Source: Promethearchaeota archaeon
GTDB lineage: Archaea; Asgardarchaeota; Lokiarchaeia; Sigyniarchaeales; Promethearchaeaceae
Assembly: GCA_016933055.1 (NCBI GenBank)
Contig: JAFGBS010000009.1
Location: 786,989 to 818,988, forward strand
DNA: 32,000 nt
Reading direction: 5' to 3'
Part shown: one piece after another, positions 19,226 through 29,321 of the stretch
Numbering within the stretch: position 1 is the stretch's first letter
Layout: each line of letters starts with the position of its first letter
Position numbers and translations under genes: made by a program
Notes under the pieces: model-generated
Databases searched by the model: none
What the model was told of the DNA's origin: nothing
What the model saw: the letters and a program-made list of their open reading frames with translations, nothing else

Positions 19226-20599
19226 ATGTATTTTAAAAAAATTGATTCAGAAGGATTATCTCATTTTTCATATATACTAGGGTCGTTAAATGACGCAGTA
19301 GTTATCGATCCTAAAAGAGATATTCAAGAATATCTCGATATTTGCATAAAACAAGGTTTTTCCATCAAATATATATTCGAAACCCATCGCAATGAAGATT
19401 ATATCATTGGTTCGCGGGAGTTTTCCAGACTCTTACCCAATGCTGAAATTTTTCGAGGAAATGACCTCCCCTATGAATATGGTACAACCTTAAGAGATGG
19501 ACAAAGATTTACTTTTGGAGATTGTAAAATCAAAGCAATTCATACGCCTGGACATACACTGGGACATTATTCTTATGTGGTTTATGGGGAAAACATGGAG
19601 GATCAACCCCAATTTGTATTTACAGGGGATGCATTATTTGCGGGTGACACAGGTCGAACTGATTTTTATGGAGAACAGCGTAAATCTGAGATCTCAGGAT
19701 TATTATATGATTCCATCCATCAAAAAATCCTGCCATTGGGGGATGAGGTCATTCTTTGCCCGGCACATGGATCGGGATCGGTATGCGGTTCTAAAATAGA
19801 GGAGAGATTTCCCACGACCATTGGTATAGAAAAAAAGCTAAATTCTCAGTTAAAAATGTCTCGAAATGATTTTGTGAAAAATAAAGTAGAAGAATTGCAT
19901 ACTTTTCCTCCATATTTTAAAAAGATGGAAGAATTCAATTTAGGGAAAGCTCCTTATCTATATGAACGAAATTTTCCTAAACCTCTAAATCCAAAAGAAG
20001 TACAGCAATGGATCGATAAAAGTGCTCAAATTGTGGATACTCGGAATCCCTCCGATTATGGGGGAGCACATATAAAAGGCTCCATTTGTATTTGGTTAGA
20101 AGGATTACCATCATTTTCGGGTTGGATGTTAAATTATGAAGATCCCATCATCCTAATTCTGGAAAAAAATGAAGATGTTACTAAAGCTACTAACTATCTT
20201 TCTCGGATTGGCTTTGATAATATAGTAGGATTTCTGAACGGAGGCTTATTAAAATGGTGTGTAGCAGCTTTGCCAATTGAGCACACTGAATTGATAACAG
20301 TTCATGAACTTAAAACTTTAATCGAAACTGGTAGTGAGATAATGGTTTTGGATGTCAGATCCCAAGAAGAATGGAATGAAGGCCATCTTTCACCTGCATT
20401 TAATATATACGCCGGACAAGTTCCGGTAAATTTAGAAAAGATCCCTAAAGATACATCAATTGTTGTACATTGTTCCGTTGGACTCCGAGCTACAGTTGCT
20501 GCAAGTGCATTAGAGAACAAAGGATATAAAAAAATAAAAATTGTACTTGGTAGCTATAATGCTTGGGAAAATGCTGGATATCCCATTAAATTCGAGTAA
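19226..20599 (+). CDS. MBL-fold hydrolase (persulfide dioxygenase-like) fused to two rhodanese domains
   Basis: ETHRNEDY variant motif, HTPGHT, TGDALF, PAHGSGSVCG; VDTR...HIKGS and LDVRSQEEWNEGHL...VVHCSVGLRA (active-site Cys in the second rhodanese only). Confidence 0.9.
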   Translation: MYFKKIDSEGLSHFSYILGSLNDAVVIDPKRDIQEYLDICIKQGFSIKYIFETHRNEDYIIGSREFSRLLPNAEIFRGNDLPYEYGTTLRDGQRFTFGDCKIKAIHTPGHTLGHYSYVVYGENMEDQPQFVFTGDALFAGDTGRTDFYGEQRKSEISGLLYDSIHQKILPLGDEVILCPAHGSGSVCGSKIEERFPTTIGIEKKLNSQLKMSRNDFVKNKVEELHTFPPYFKKMEEFNLGKAPYLYERNFPKPLNPKEVQQWIDKSAQIVDTRNPSDYGGAHIKGSICIWLEGLPSFSGWMLNYEDPIILILEKNEDVTKATNYLSRIGFDNIVGFLNGGLLKWCVAALPIEHTELITVHELKTLIETGSEIMVLDVRSQEEWNEGHLSPAFNIYAGQVPVNLEKIPKDTSIVVHCSVGLRATVAASALENKGYKKIKIVLGSYNAWENAGYPIKFE

Positions 20600-20607
20600 T
20601 TTTTTTT
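20600..20607 (+). terminator. Oligo(T) archaeal-type terminator
   Basis: T8 run immediately after the stop codon at 20599. Confidence 0.4.
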
Positions 20608-20851
20608 ATCTCAACTCAAATCGTCCTCCTTCCTAGAGAGTAATAATATCTTTTGAAATAATCACTGGACAGTTTGTAAAAAAAACAAACGCAAATGAGA
20701 TTAGTTATCAAACGTGGGTTTTATATCATCTATCTTTTTTTAGCTTATGAGGAGATTTAAGGGATAAAATTACTGATAAGACTATTAGGTTGATTGATCT
20801 AATTTTATGCTATATACTTATAAAAATGTTAAACAATTTTGGTGAAATCAA

Positions 20852-21622
20852 GTGGTTTTAGGCTTAACAAATGCACAGATCCAAACTTTTGTGATTAATG
20901 GTTCAATATTGATTTTCATATTGATAATTGGGAGTAGTGTTCTACGAAGAAATCCCAATAGCCGATTGAATCGATCATTTTTCTTATTTTATTTTTTTGT
21001 TGCGTTTGGTTTATTGATAAATGTGGCATATCGATTGATAAATAAGGAGATATACATGGTTTGGATGAATCGGATTACATTATTCTTTTCCACCTTTGGA
21101 ATAATATTTCTCCTCTTTTTTAATATCATCATTTTTCAAAGTGAACAAGTGTTTACGAGGAAGAAACAATGGTTATATACCATATTATGGTTCATTGCTT
21201 GTTCGGGCATTCTCTGGTTAGATTTGGAAAATGGAGTCAAATGGGATTATAATCCTAATAAGCCTGGTATTGATCCACTCTATTTAAATCCCGGGTCTGC
21301 AGGGGTCCCAGTCTACAGTACATTATTCACAGTATATGCGCTCATTCTTGCTCAAGGATTATTTATTATCATCATCATTCTTGTTGCACGAATCATACGA
21401 AAATTTGGCGATAAAAAATTACGACGAAAATATATCAGTTCCTTTGTTGCGATCATGTTATTTGATTGGATTCTTGTAGGTAACCTGATTAACAACTGGA
21501 GTATTGTCCAAGATGCATATGCTTTCTCGCCAATGCCATTTAGCACGGTTTTCCTATATACAAGTGTATTAGTCATTCCTGCGGTCTTACTATTGTGGTA
21601 TGGAATAAGAAAGAGAGATTAA
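20852..21622 (+). CDS. Stand-alone seven-transmembrane protein (HisKA_7TM-like topology)
   Basis: Seven hydrophobic segments; RRNPNSRLNRSFFLF after TM1; long polar loop after TM4; basic cytoplasmic loop RKFGDKKLRRK. No kinase domain. Confidence 0.65.
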   Translation: MVLGLTNAQIQTFVINGSILIFILIIGSSVLRRNPNSRLNRSFFLFYFFVAFGLLINVAYRLINKEIYMVWMNRITLFFSTFGIIFLLFFNIIIFQSEQVFTRKKQWLYTILWFIACSGILWLDLENGVKWDYNPNKPGIDPLYLNPGSAGVPVYSTLFTVYALILAQGLFIIIIILVARIIRKFGDKKLRRKYISSFVAIMLFDWILVGNLINNWSIVQDAYAFSPMPFSTVFLYTSVLVIPAVLLLWYGIRKRD

Positions 21623-21813
21623 TCTACATTTGTTGAACCTAATCGCATTTTTTCTCATTTTTTTTCACATGACAGATGTATAAAGGGGTAACTATACTGT
21701 ACAATGGACGTTTAGTTAGCAATTCTGATGATTGCATCCAAAAATCGATTTTTGGATGGATTCTAGGGGGAATGGGAGAAGACCGCACAGTACTAAGAAG
21801 AAAAAATGGAAAA

Positions 21814-21837
21814 TTTTACCGATTAGCTTCGGTAAAA
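21814..21837. terminator. Hairpin flanked by T/A runs
   Basis: ttttaccga-ttagct-tcggtaaaa (9-bp stem) between the convergent 7TM gene and RibD_C pseudogene. Confidence 0.4.
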
Positions 21838-21839
21838 AA

Positions 21840-22321
21840 AGATTAACCTTATTTTCCATTCTCTAAACTTTTTTGTTTCATACTCTGATTCTGCGAACAA
21901 CGAAATTCCCCCCCTCCAATTATCACTGGAACAATAAATATTATAAATTCATAAATTACGTTTAACTTTAGAAAAGATTTATTGATTTTCGCTCCTCATA
22001 ACAACTTTATATCTTTTTTTGATCTCAAATTTTTTAGAACCTCTGGGGTTTCATTTACGAACTTAACCTTTTCATGCTTCAATTTGGGATTCTGAGAAAG
22101 GACATAAATAATTTTCCCCTCGCAATAATCAAAAAAATCTGGATATGTATGATATTCTTAATATGTCCTATTTCCTATTACTACAGCACTGATATTTTCA
22201 AGAAAATTAGCAAACCATTTGTTTTTACCCTCATTGAAAGGATCCAAAAATCGACAGATCCGTTTTCTCGAACAATATACCTATCGAGAGTACATGCAAT
22301 TGATGGTATTCCTTTTACCAA
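21840..22321 (-). pseudogene. Dihydrofolate reductase/RibD C-terminal family pseudogene
   Basis: Manual minus-strand translation: IACTLDRYIVRENGSVDF / frameshift / LDPFNEGKNKWFANFLENISAVVIGNRTY*EY...IIYVLSQ...VKFVNETPEVLKNLRSKKDIKLL*GAKINKSFLKLNVIYEFIIFIVPVIIGGG / frameshift / ISLFAESEYETK. Lesions: frameshift at A5 22246-22250, TAA 22158-22160, TGA 21996-21998, frameshift at C7 near 21908-21914; no ATG. Confidence 0.85.
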
Positions 22322-22420
22322 AACAAACAAGGTTGGGATATAGTTTATGTTTTTTTGGTGGAAACTTAAAAAGATGAGAATTGATTAATAATGTATTACT
22401 TAAAATAAGAGAAACCTATT

Positions 22421-22855
22421 ATGCCGCGATTTGGAAGAAAAATAATTAGAGGACCTAGATTCTTAAGAGGTCCCTCAATAATAAGACCTTTTGTAAGATC
22501 CTATCCACGACGAATCTTTCGCTTAACACGAAGAATTTTATTCGGTTCATGGATTTACTTGATGATAGCCGGAAGTTCTAGACCATATAAATTATATCCT
22601 CAAGAAGTAGAAGAAATCGAGAAGCAATCAGGGAAATCTGCAGAAGATATGACAGAAGATGAACTACGCGCATCAATGAATAAGCTAAACATCGAAAACC
22701 GGGAAATTTCCGATGAAGAATATCATCGGATCAATGAAATAAATGGAAAACCTACTTCAAATGTGAAGACAGCATTATATTGCAGTTACTGTGGATCAGA
22801 ATTAGCGGATCCAAATGGAAAATATTGCAGTAATTGTGGATCTAAAGTTAACTGA
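22421..22855 (+). CDS. Small zinc-ribbon protein with Arg-rich N-terminus
   Basis: C-terminal CSYC-x10-CSNC; Arg-rich leader, one hydrophobic segment, acidic helical middle. Confidence 0.8.
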   Translation: MPRFGRKIIRGPRFLRGPSIIRPFVRSYPRRIFRLTRRILFGSWIYLMIAGSSRPYKLYPQEVEEIEKQSGKSAEDMTEDELRASMNKLNIENREISDEEYHRINEINGKPTSNVKTALYCSYCGSELADPNGKYCSNCGSKVN

Positions 22856-23095
22856 CTTCTAAATTTCTCTCATATTTTTTCGTACCTATCGAATGAAGAA
22901 GAATAAATGATACCAACGGGTAGAAACGTGCAGTTCCTAGTTCCAATCTTGTTTTTTGCTTTCGAACTACGCTTTCAAGACTATCAATCAACTAACTTCA
23001 ACTGTGGGATAGTTTTGAAAGTATAGGGATTGTCTATACCCTATTCGTGCCTATTATATACGTTCCTAGATCTTGATATTAAATTAAATTCTGGT

Positions 23096-24280
23096 CTATT
23101 TTTTTATACCCATTGCAGTTTGAATAAGTTTCCCCTTCACTTGTTTTGCCAATTTCTTAGACAATATCGTAAGAGATTTCAAATCTGTTGGAAAATTTGT
23201 GAGTAATTCATACCCGGAAGATGTTATTAATACTGTGTCGGAATGGCGGAATCCTCCCAATTCTGGCATATAGATACCAGGTTCAATACTAACAACCATG
23301 TTTTCTTCTAACTCTGTTTTGCTTCCTCGCGCAAGATATGGTCCTTCATGATTGTCTTGACCAATTCCATGCCCCGTGCGGTGAAGGATATTGTGATTAT
23401 ATCCCTTTTCCACTAAAAAGTCATAAGTCGCCTTATCCACATCATGGCAAGATACACCGGGTCGGAGCATACTTAATGCAATTTGACGAGCACTAAGCAT
23501 ATCATTGAAGATTACTTTTTCTTTAGGGGTAGGTTTTGATACAAAAAAGGTCCTTTCACATTCAGCAGCATATCCATTAATCCGCAAATAGCTCATTGCT
23601 ACACAAGGCCCTTTTTTGAGTACACCATATACGGGAGGAATACTATGGGGTTTGGCACTATGTGGTGCAGGCCAGTTTGCTGATAAGAATGAGCTAGCTA
23701 ATGGATCATATTTTCCCGATTTAATTAGTTTTAATTGAATCTTTCTGGATAGCCCAAATAACTCCAGAACAGATACTCCATAATAGGAATTTGTCATTAT
23801 CAATCTCATCAGCTCATCTGAATGGTGGGCTGTGTTTCGGATCATCTTCAACTCATTGGAACTTTTAATTAAGCGCAATCCTCCCACCATATCTATCGCT
23901 TTAAGATTGTATTTGGATAGAAGCTGTTGCATTTCTATCCTCATCCCTGGCTCAATTCCAACCTCATTTCCCGGTTTAAGTATATCGTATAATTTTTCCC
24001 CCCATCCCTCTCCCCTAGGAGCGGGGAACTCCCAGTACGATTTCACATCGCCTATTTTTGCTTTTCTCATATGTTCTTCTTCTAATTTCGGCACGAGGAA
24101 TGTAGGGCTGCCCATTGACCAAATAATAATAAAGAAAGGTCTTTCTTGGGCTTCATATGATGCTCCCGTAAGATAATAAATACTATGTGGTTCCGTTACG
24201 AGAAAGGCATCAAGATTATGCACTTTCATTTGGATTTGCAGATTTTTTAACCGTTTCGTATAATCCGCTTCTGATATCAT
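23096..24280 (-). CDS. M24 family Xaa-Pro peptidase/creatinase-like protein
   Basis: Creatinase_N-like domain then HSIP, GYAAECERT, HRTGHGIG, HEGP, SIEPGIY, GGFRHSDTV. Start placed at ATG 24280 (MISEADY). Confidence 0.88.
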   Translation of the reverse strand: MISEADYTKRLKNLQIQMKVHNLDAFLVTEPHSIYYLTGASYEAQERPFFIIIWSMGSPTFLVPKLEEEHMRKAKIGDVKSYWEFPAPRGEGWGEKLYDILKPGNEVGIEPGMRIEMQQLLSKYNLKAIDMVGGLRLIKSSNELKMIRNTAHHSDELMRLIMTNSYYGVSVLELFGLSRKIQLKLIKSGKYDPLASSFLSANWPAPHSAKPHSIPPVYGVLKKGPCVAMSYLRINGYAAECERTFFVSKPTPKEKVIFNDMLSARQIALSMLRPGVSCHDVDKATYDFLVEKGYNHNILHRTGHGIGQDNHEGPYLARGSKTELEENMVVSIEPGIYMPELGGFRHSDTVLITSSGYELLTNFPTDLKSLTILSKKLAKQVKGKLIQTAMGIKK

Positions 24281-24368
24281 AATTATGATTTTAGTCCTTC
24301 TACTATAAATTAGTTCCACACGGAATTTGTAAAGGAACAGAAATCCAAAAAAAAAGCATATTATCCTA

Positions 24369-25466
24369 TCATTTGATATCTAATTGTTCTAAAACATGAT
24401 CAGCGATGAATTTGTTTTTCTTAGTGAGATTCATCTTATCAAATTGGGACTTATCTACTCCTCTGGGAAATTTGCATAATATAATACAATCTATTAACTG
24501 ATCCCCTTTTTTCAGATGACCTGGATCATATCCTGCAACTATAAATTCTTGTTCCAAAGCGATTTTTTGATTTGATACTCCTTCTATGGTTGCGGGAATA
24601 CGCCATTCAATAACATTCCACCCCTTATAGGTTTCCATAAGAGATAAGAATGCCTTTTTTTGGATCAGCCCCAGTAATTTTACGTTTCCTTTGAAATAGT
24701 CTACCTTCACTGAGAAGTTTTCTTCGGTAAGTGATGCTTCTGATAGTAGTTCTAAGGTGTCGAATTTCATTTTTTTGTTAGTTCTCCTCATGAGATCATA
24801 AAAGGATACTATGGATGGATGATTATAGAGAACCACATTATTCGAGCGTTTTTTCCAAAAATCATTTAGAGGGACAAAAAATAACACCACAGCTTCTTTT
24901 TTTCCTGAAGTATAGGGAACGCCCGTACTCGGATTATAATTACGTTTATCTGCATAATTATTGTAATTTGGCACAAATCCGATGGAGACACAACCAATGG
25001 TATTTGAAACCACTTGAGCGTTGACTTGCGTGGATCTAACATCAACTTCTAAGCGCAGGAGATTTTGGTATTTAGGTTGTCTAAATAAAGACTGTAAACT
25101 CTGCACTCCCAACTTATTTGCTATCCCTTTACCACGGAATTTCGATTTGACTACGGTTTTTCCGGCGTATATAGAATATTCTGAAGTTTTTTGTGCAAAA
25201 CACACTGCTATCGGTTCAGATTTACCATCCAGCGATTCAGCAACCCACCAGAATTCATCGGGATCTTGGAGATGTTTCTGCAATTTACTTTCTGAATACA
25301 CCTCAGGCGTTAAATATTCATATTTATATCCATCATACATAATATTGGAAATTGACTTGCTATCTTCCGCAGTTGCGAAACGCAGTCCAAAATTATCTGT
25401 TTCTGATTCAAGAATTCCAATATATTTTTTAATTCCGACTTTATTCTTATCGTTTTTATCATTCAT
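24369..25466 (-). CDS. GNAT-family N-acetyltransferase-like protein with uncharacterised C-terminal region
   Basis: LRFATAEDSKSI, VVKSKFRGKGIANKL (acetyl-CoA motif A). Confidence 0.75.
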   Translation of the reverse strand: MNDKNDKNKVGIKKYIGILESETDNFGLRFATAEDSKSISNIMYDGYKYEYLTPEVYSESKLQKHLQDPDEFWWVAESLDGKSEPIAVCFAQKTSEYSIYAGKTVVKSKFRGKGIANKLGVQSLQSLFRQPKYQNLLRLEVDVRSTQVNAQVVSNTIGCVSIGFVPNYNNYADKRNYNPSTGVPYTSGKKEAVVLFFVPLNDFWKKRSNNVVLYNHPSIVSFYDLMRRTNKKMKFDTLELLSEASLTEENFSVKVDYFKGNVKLLGLIQKKAFLSLMETYKGWNVIEWRIPATIEGVSNQKIALEQEFIVAGYDPGHLKKGDQLIDCIILCKFPRGVDKSQFDKMNLTKKNKFIADHVLEQLDIK

Positions 25467-26055
25467 ACTGAGAACCTTGAATATCCAGATTTTACGATGA
25501 AAACTAGGAAAACATCTGTTGATTATCTATTTAAAGATTATGTTGAATCTTCGAATTCTACGACAATATCCCATGTTCAGTACACTAATTAAATGAAAAA
25601 GGTTGATTTTTTTGTATATTTATTGTATAGTAGGATTTAGACTACATTTGTATATAAGTAGTTAAATTCTATGCTGTGATATCCAACTTATCCGATAGGA
25701 CAAGTGAATAGAGGGTATATAGTAAGAACTTCTGACTATTTGGCTATCCGTATAGAACCCATGAATATCTCTCATGCTACGCATTCAGCTTTAGTTTTTC
25801 CAAGAGGTCCACGTTCCCACACCATGGACTTAAGTATTCTATATCCGATCGGGGTATTTTAACGAACCAAAATGTGTTAATAATCGTGTTACCTATCCAT
25901 CCTTATGTAAAATCACATTTTGATTCTGATTTATACGCTAAAAGGAGTTTTATGATAGCTTTCGCTTGTATCTCTTGCATTTTCGTTCTAAAGGGCAGAA
26001 TAGATGTTGATTAATAAAAATAGAAAAAAGCCAGAAAAAACTTGAAAATTTTTAC

Positions 26056-27303
26056 TTATTCTCTGATACCTTTTTCATCTAAAAAATCTTTTATTATAAC
26101 GGCTTGACCCGATTCAATGGATTCTTGTGCAGCCGCACCCAAAACAATTGACCAAAAACCTTCTTCAACCGTGGCAATATTTGGTACACCCGTTAATGTA
26201 TCTTTTCCATCGATCTTATCCATAAACTTGATGTGATTATAGAAGGAAGCTCCATTATGACCGGTTTTTGCTACAAAATCGGGATAGGTTGGATACATGA
26301 CACGTGAGGGATGATTTTCACCTCGATATATTTCAAGCAAGGTTTTCGGAATGGAGTTGTCTAAAAAATCCTCATTCTCGAATGCTCTTAATCGGCCCTG
26401 ATCTCCGCATAAAGTCACCTCTTCATACGTTTGAGGGGCAAACATACATAGATTGAATCCTGCTCTCAAACTATTTTCATAATCAACGATTATCAAAGCA
26501 TTATCCAGAATATCGGATGTTTGATTTTCGTATTTGAATTTTTTAAAATTAACCGCTTGAGAACCAGACGCATAAACTTTTTGTGGTTTTGATTGAGCAA
26601 ACAAATTAAGCAAGTCCATGTAATGGCAACACTTTTCTACAATGGTATCACCGGAGTACTTAGCGAACTTGTTCCATTGATCTACTTTATCTAAAAATGG
26701 TATACGATGTTCCACGATACTGATTAACTTCAAATTCCCAAGACTTTTTCTCTCGAATGCTTCATGGATGGCTTCTGTGTACATCGCTTTATAGCGATAT
26801 TGAAGTCCAATTTGGAATACCGCTTGATGCTTTTTAGCGATTTGCATCATCTCGTATGCATCTTCTACTTTTGTACACATCGGTTTTTCCATTAGAATAT
26901 GTTTCTTGGGAGCCTTTTCTGCAATTACTCGTGCTATACTAATGTGAGTGTAATTCGGGGAAGACACAATTAATCCATCTACGTCGGGATCTGAACAACA
27001 TTCTTCCAATGTATCATATACTTTCAGTTTCACTCCTAAATCTTTCGCAGCTAGTAGTTTATTTACTTTTTTAATACGTTCATTTGGATCAAAAAAACCA
27101 TGGATTTCGCCTCTGCCCTCAAGATGAGTAATTTTCATATGTTCAATTCCCATCATACCTGCCCCAATAACGTTAAATTTGTATCTGGGGGTAGGCGTAG
27201 CAAATAAATATCGATCTTTATCATCTAAGTACTTCCATCTCATATCCCGAGATAAAATGCGGCTGTGAGATTCGTGGCTTTCCTCAACTTTCTTTTGACT
27301 CAT
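26056..27303 (-). CDS. Gfo/Idh/MocA family NAD(P)-dependent oxidoreductase
   Basis: VIGAGMMG, VSSPNYTH, MEKPM, IGLQYRY, VEKCCHYMDL. Confidence 0.92.
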   Translation of the reverse strand: MSQKKVEESHESHSRILSRDMRWKYLDDKDRYLFATPTPRYKFNVIGAGMMGIEHMKITHLEGRGEIHGFFDPNERIKKVNKLLAAKDLGVKLKVYDTLEECCSDPDVDGLIVSSPNYTHISIARVIAEKAPKKHILMEKPMCTKVEDAYEMMQIAKKHQAVFQIGLQYRYKAMYTEAIHEAFERKSLGNLKLISIVEHRIPFLDKVDQWNKFAKYSGDTIVEKCCHYMDLLNLFAQSKPQKVYASGSQAVNFKKFKYENQTSDILDNALIIVDYENSLRAGFNLCMFAPQTYEEVTLCGDQGRLRAFENEDFLDNSIPKTLLEIYRGENHPSRVMYPTYPDFVAKTGHNGASFYNHIKFMDKIDGKDTLTGVPNIATVEEGFWSIVLGAAAQESIESGQAVIIKDFLDEKGIRE

Positions 27304-27457
27304 GGTACATAATCAACGGTTTTAGATCAAAAAAACATTTCTTGATGCTAACAGCTAAAATAATCTCATTTACTATCCTTAGAATTATGGCTAGGATACT
27401 GAGAAGATAACAATTACTAATAACAAAACATAAAAACCCGCGAATGAAAGCGTAATT

Positions 27458-27688
27458 ATGATTGATGAAGTTGTTGGAAAATTATTTGAAGAAATGGCAG
27501 AACTAACATTCGAGATATGCAAAAATTACTTTAGGAACAAAACTAATAAACTCCTGATAGCACATGAAGTTGCAGATGTATGGCAAAGCCTAGAAGAGCT
27601 TGTGGCAGCATTAGATATCGAAAAAGAGGTACGCTACGCTAAAGAAGAACTTCAAGCTGCAAGAGAAAATAGAATCGTTTACCAATAA
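27458..27688 (+). CDS. Small MazG-like all-alpha NTP pyrophosphohydrolase
   Basis: KLFEEMAEL...IAHEVADV fits the EExxE...ExxD metal-binding pattern of MazG-like domains; 76 aa. Confidence 0.7.
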   Translation: MIDEVVGKLFEEMAELTFEICKNYFRNKTNKLLIAHEVADVWQSLEELVAALDIEKEVRYAKEELQAARENRIVYQ

Positions 27689-27701
27689 AGAAAAAGAGAA
27701 A

Positions 27702-29321
27702 TTATTTTTTATGTTTTACTACAGTCAAACTAATTGCAAGTATCGATATCAGTCCAATAACCCAAATTGAATAACCTGGTATATTCGTTCTGACCAATAC
27801 GCTCCAATATACGCCAGTATATCCCCTATCATCAATATCTGCATTAACCAATAACGAAGCATGCAATTGACCGTTATATGCACCCGTATAATGCATTTCC
27901 CAATTTAATGTAAGTTTTTCATCTCCATCCAACTCACTTACTGCCTGTTTATTACCTGCCGTATTTTCAAATACAATTTCCGCCAATCCAAATACTTGAG
28001 CGAAGGTTGCAAAATCTCTCGAATTCTCATCTAAGTTGGTGATTTCCATAGTTAATTGAAGATTTTCAGGATAAGTTACTTCTAATGAAGAGAGTTCAGC
28101 TTTAAATTCAATTGAAGTTCCCCACTTCCCTCCTTGCATACTGAATAATTCCATATGACCTCGATAGCGTGTAAGCATAATAGGTTCGTTCGTTACTGGA
28201 TTTATTTCGATATCACGGACAGACATACCTTGAACATATAATGAATACGAGAAATTGGTGAGAATGGTGTCATTCCAGTATCCTTCTGAATCCGTAACAT
28301 ATTCGAGTTGAGTAATTTCATCAATTGATTGATAGCTACCGATATATCTGGTATTTTCATCAGTTATAATATAAGCTCGTCCTCCAGGGTAATTCGATAT
28401 TTTTGCAGCGGAAGATCCGTCTGTAGTCTGGTTTATTATATCATAATATAATCCCGAAGTACTCTTGATGGTTCGGTTTTGGGCATCATAATTGCTTTTC
28501 GTATATATCACATGAACCTCATCATTACTATCGATATCCATGGATGGCCAGTTACAATGTGATAATATTTCTCCGTTAGTTTGTGAGATGGCACTAGGTG
28601 TGGTTTGAGTGCCATCAGGATTGATGACGAAATAGTAGATTTCTGCAAATCCTCGATATATACAATGTACGTGTCCCGTAGAATTTATATCCATGTCCAG
28701 AAATGAAATCGGATTATAAGGTTCACCTTCTGGAAAATCAAATGACTGTGAGTTATGACCATATGTTGTAGGACCAGTATAAGTAATATTTATGTATTGG
28801 ATTTCGTGATCCGCTGGTGTGGGTCCTGTATCTAAAATAGTGGTTACGATATACACTTGATCACCAGCATCGTTGGTTTTTATATTATAATAGAAATCAT
28901 CTAACGGAAGAGATACGTCCACCCAACTCCCAGAGCGATTTGTAAAGAATTTTCTCACTGCACCATCAGCGATGATATAGACATTACCGTTTCCATCGGT
29001 GGTAATATCGTGCTCTTCAAAATTGATGTATTGCGAATCCATCAATTTATAAGGTGTACTCCACGTACCTGAAGCATTATCCATGTAGTATACATCATGA
29101 TCATCAATATCTGAATATACTATCGAAACTGTTCCAGTTGGACCCACCGCAAATTGTGGATCAATCCCTTGACCTAAATGTTCGATATAGGGTACCAAAA
29201 TTTCAGCGGGACCATATATTCTTTGTTCATAGGATTTTCCCGTTGCAAAATCATCGTATAATGCATATACCGGAGCTAAAGACATCATACTAAACGTTAA
29301 TACGAAAAATATGACTAGCAA
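27702..29321 (-). CDS. Secreted cell-surface protein: signal peptide, beta-propeller-like repeats, Ig-like domain, Loki-CTERM-like anchor
   Basis: Hydrophobic N-terminus ending APVYA; repeated GTVSIVY / GNVYIIA / GHVHCIY / DEVHVIY blades; C-terminal IPGYSIWVIGLISILAISLTVVKHKK. Exact start codon uncertain. Confidence 0.8.
   Translation of the reverse strand: MLVIFFVLTFSMMSLAPVYALYDDFATGKSYEQRIYGPAEILVPYIEHLGQGIDPQFAVGPTGTVSIVYSDIDDHDVYYMDNASGTWSTPYKLMDSQYINFEEHDITTDGNGNVYIIADGAVRKFFTNRSGSWVDVSLPLDDFYYNIKTNDAGDQVYIVTTILDTGPTPADHEIQYINITYTGPTTYGHNSQSFDFPEGEPYNPISFLDMDINSTGHVHCIYRGFAEIYYFVINPDGTQTTPSAISQTNGEILSHCNWPSMDIDSNDEVHVIYTKSNYDAQNRTIKSTSGLYYDIINQTTDGSSAAKISNYPGGRAYIITDENTRYIGSYQSIDEITQLEYVTDSEGYWNDTILTNFSYSLYVQGMSVRDIEINPVTNEPIMLTRYRGHMELFSMQGGKWGTSIEFKAELSSLEVTYPENLQLTMEITNLDENSRDFATFAQVFGLAEIVFENTAGNKQAVSELDGDEKLTLNWEMHYTGAYNGQLHASLLVNADIDDRGYTGVYWSVLVRTNIPGYSIWVIGLISILAISLTVVKHKK

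Noticed and set aside
19381-19400. THRNEDY in place of HxHxDH in the MBL-rhodanese protein as a novel inactivation
   Set aside because: I recall this variant as common in archaeal MBL-rhodanese fusions, and the other ligands are intact, so it is not distinctive.
21996-21998. In-frame TGA as possible selenocysteine
   Set aside because: It replaces a conserved Gly (GGA to TGA) in a gene that also has a TAA and two frameshifts.
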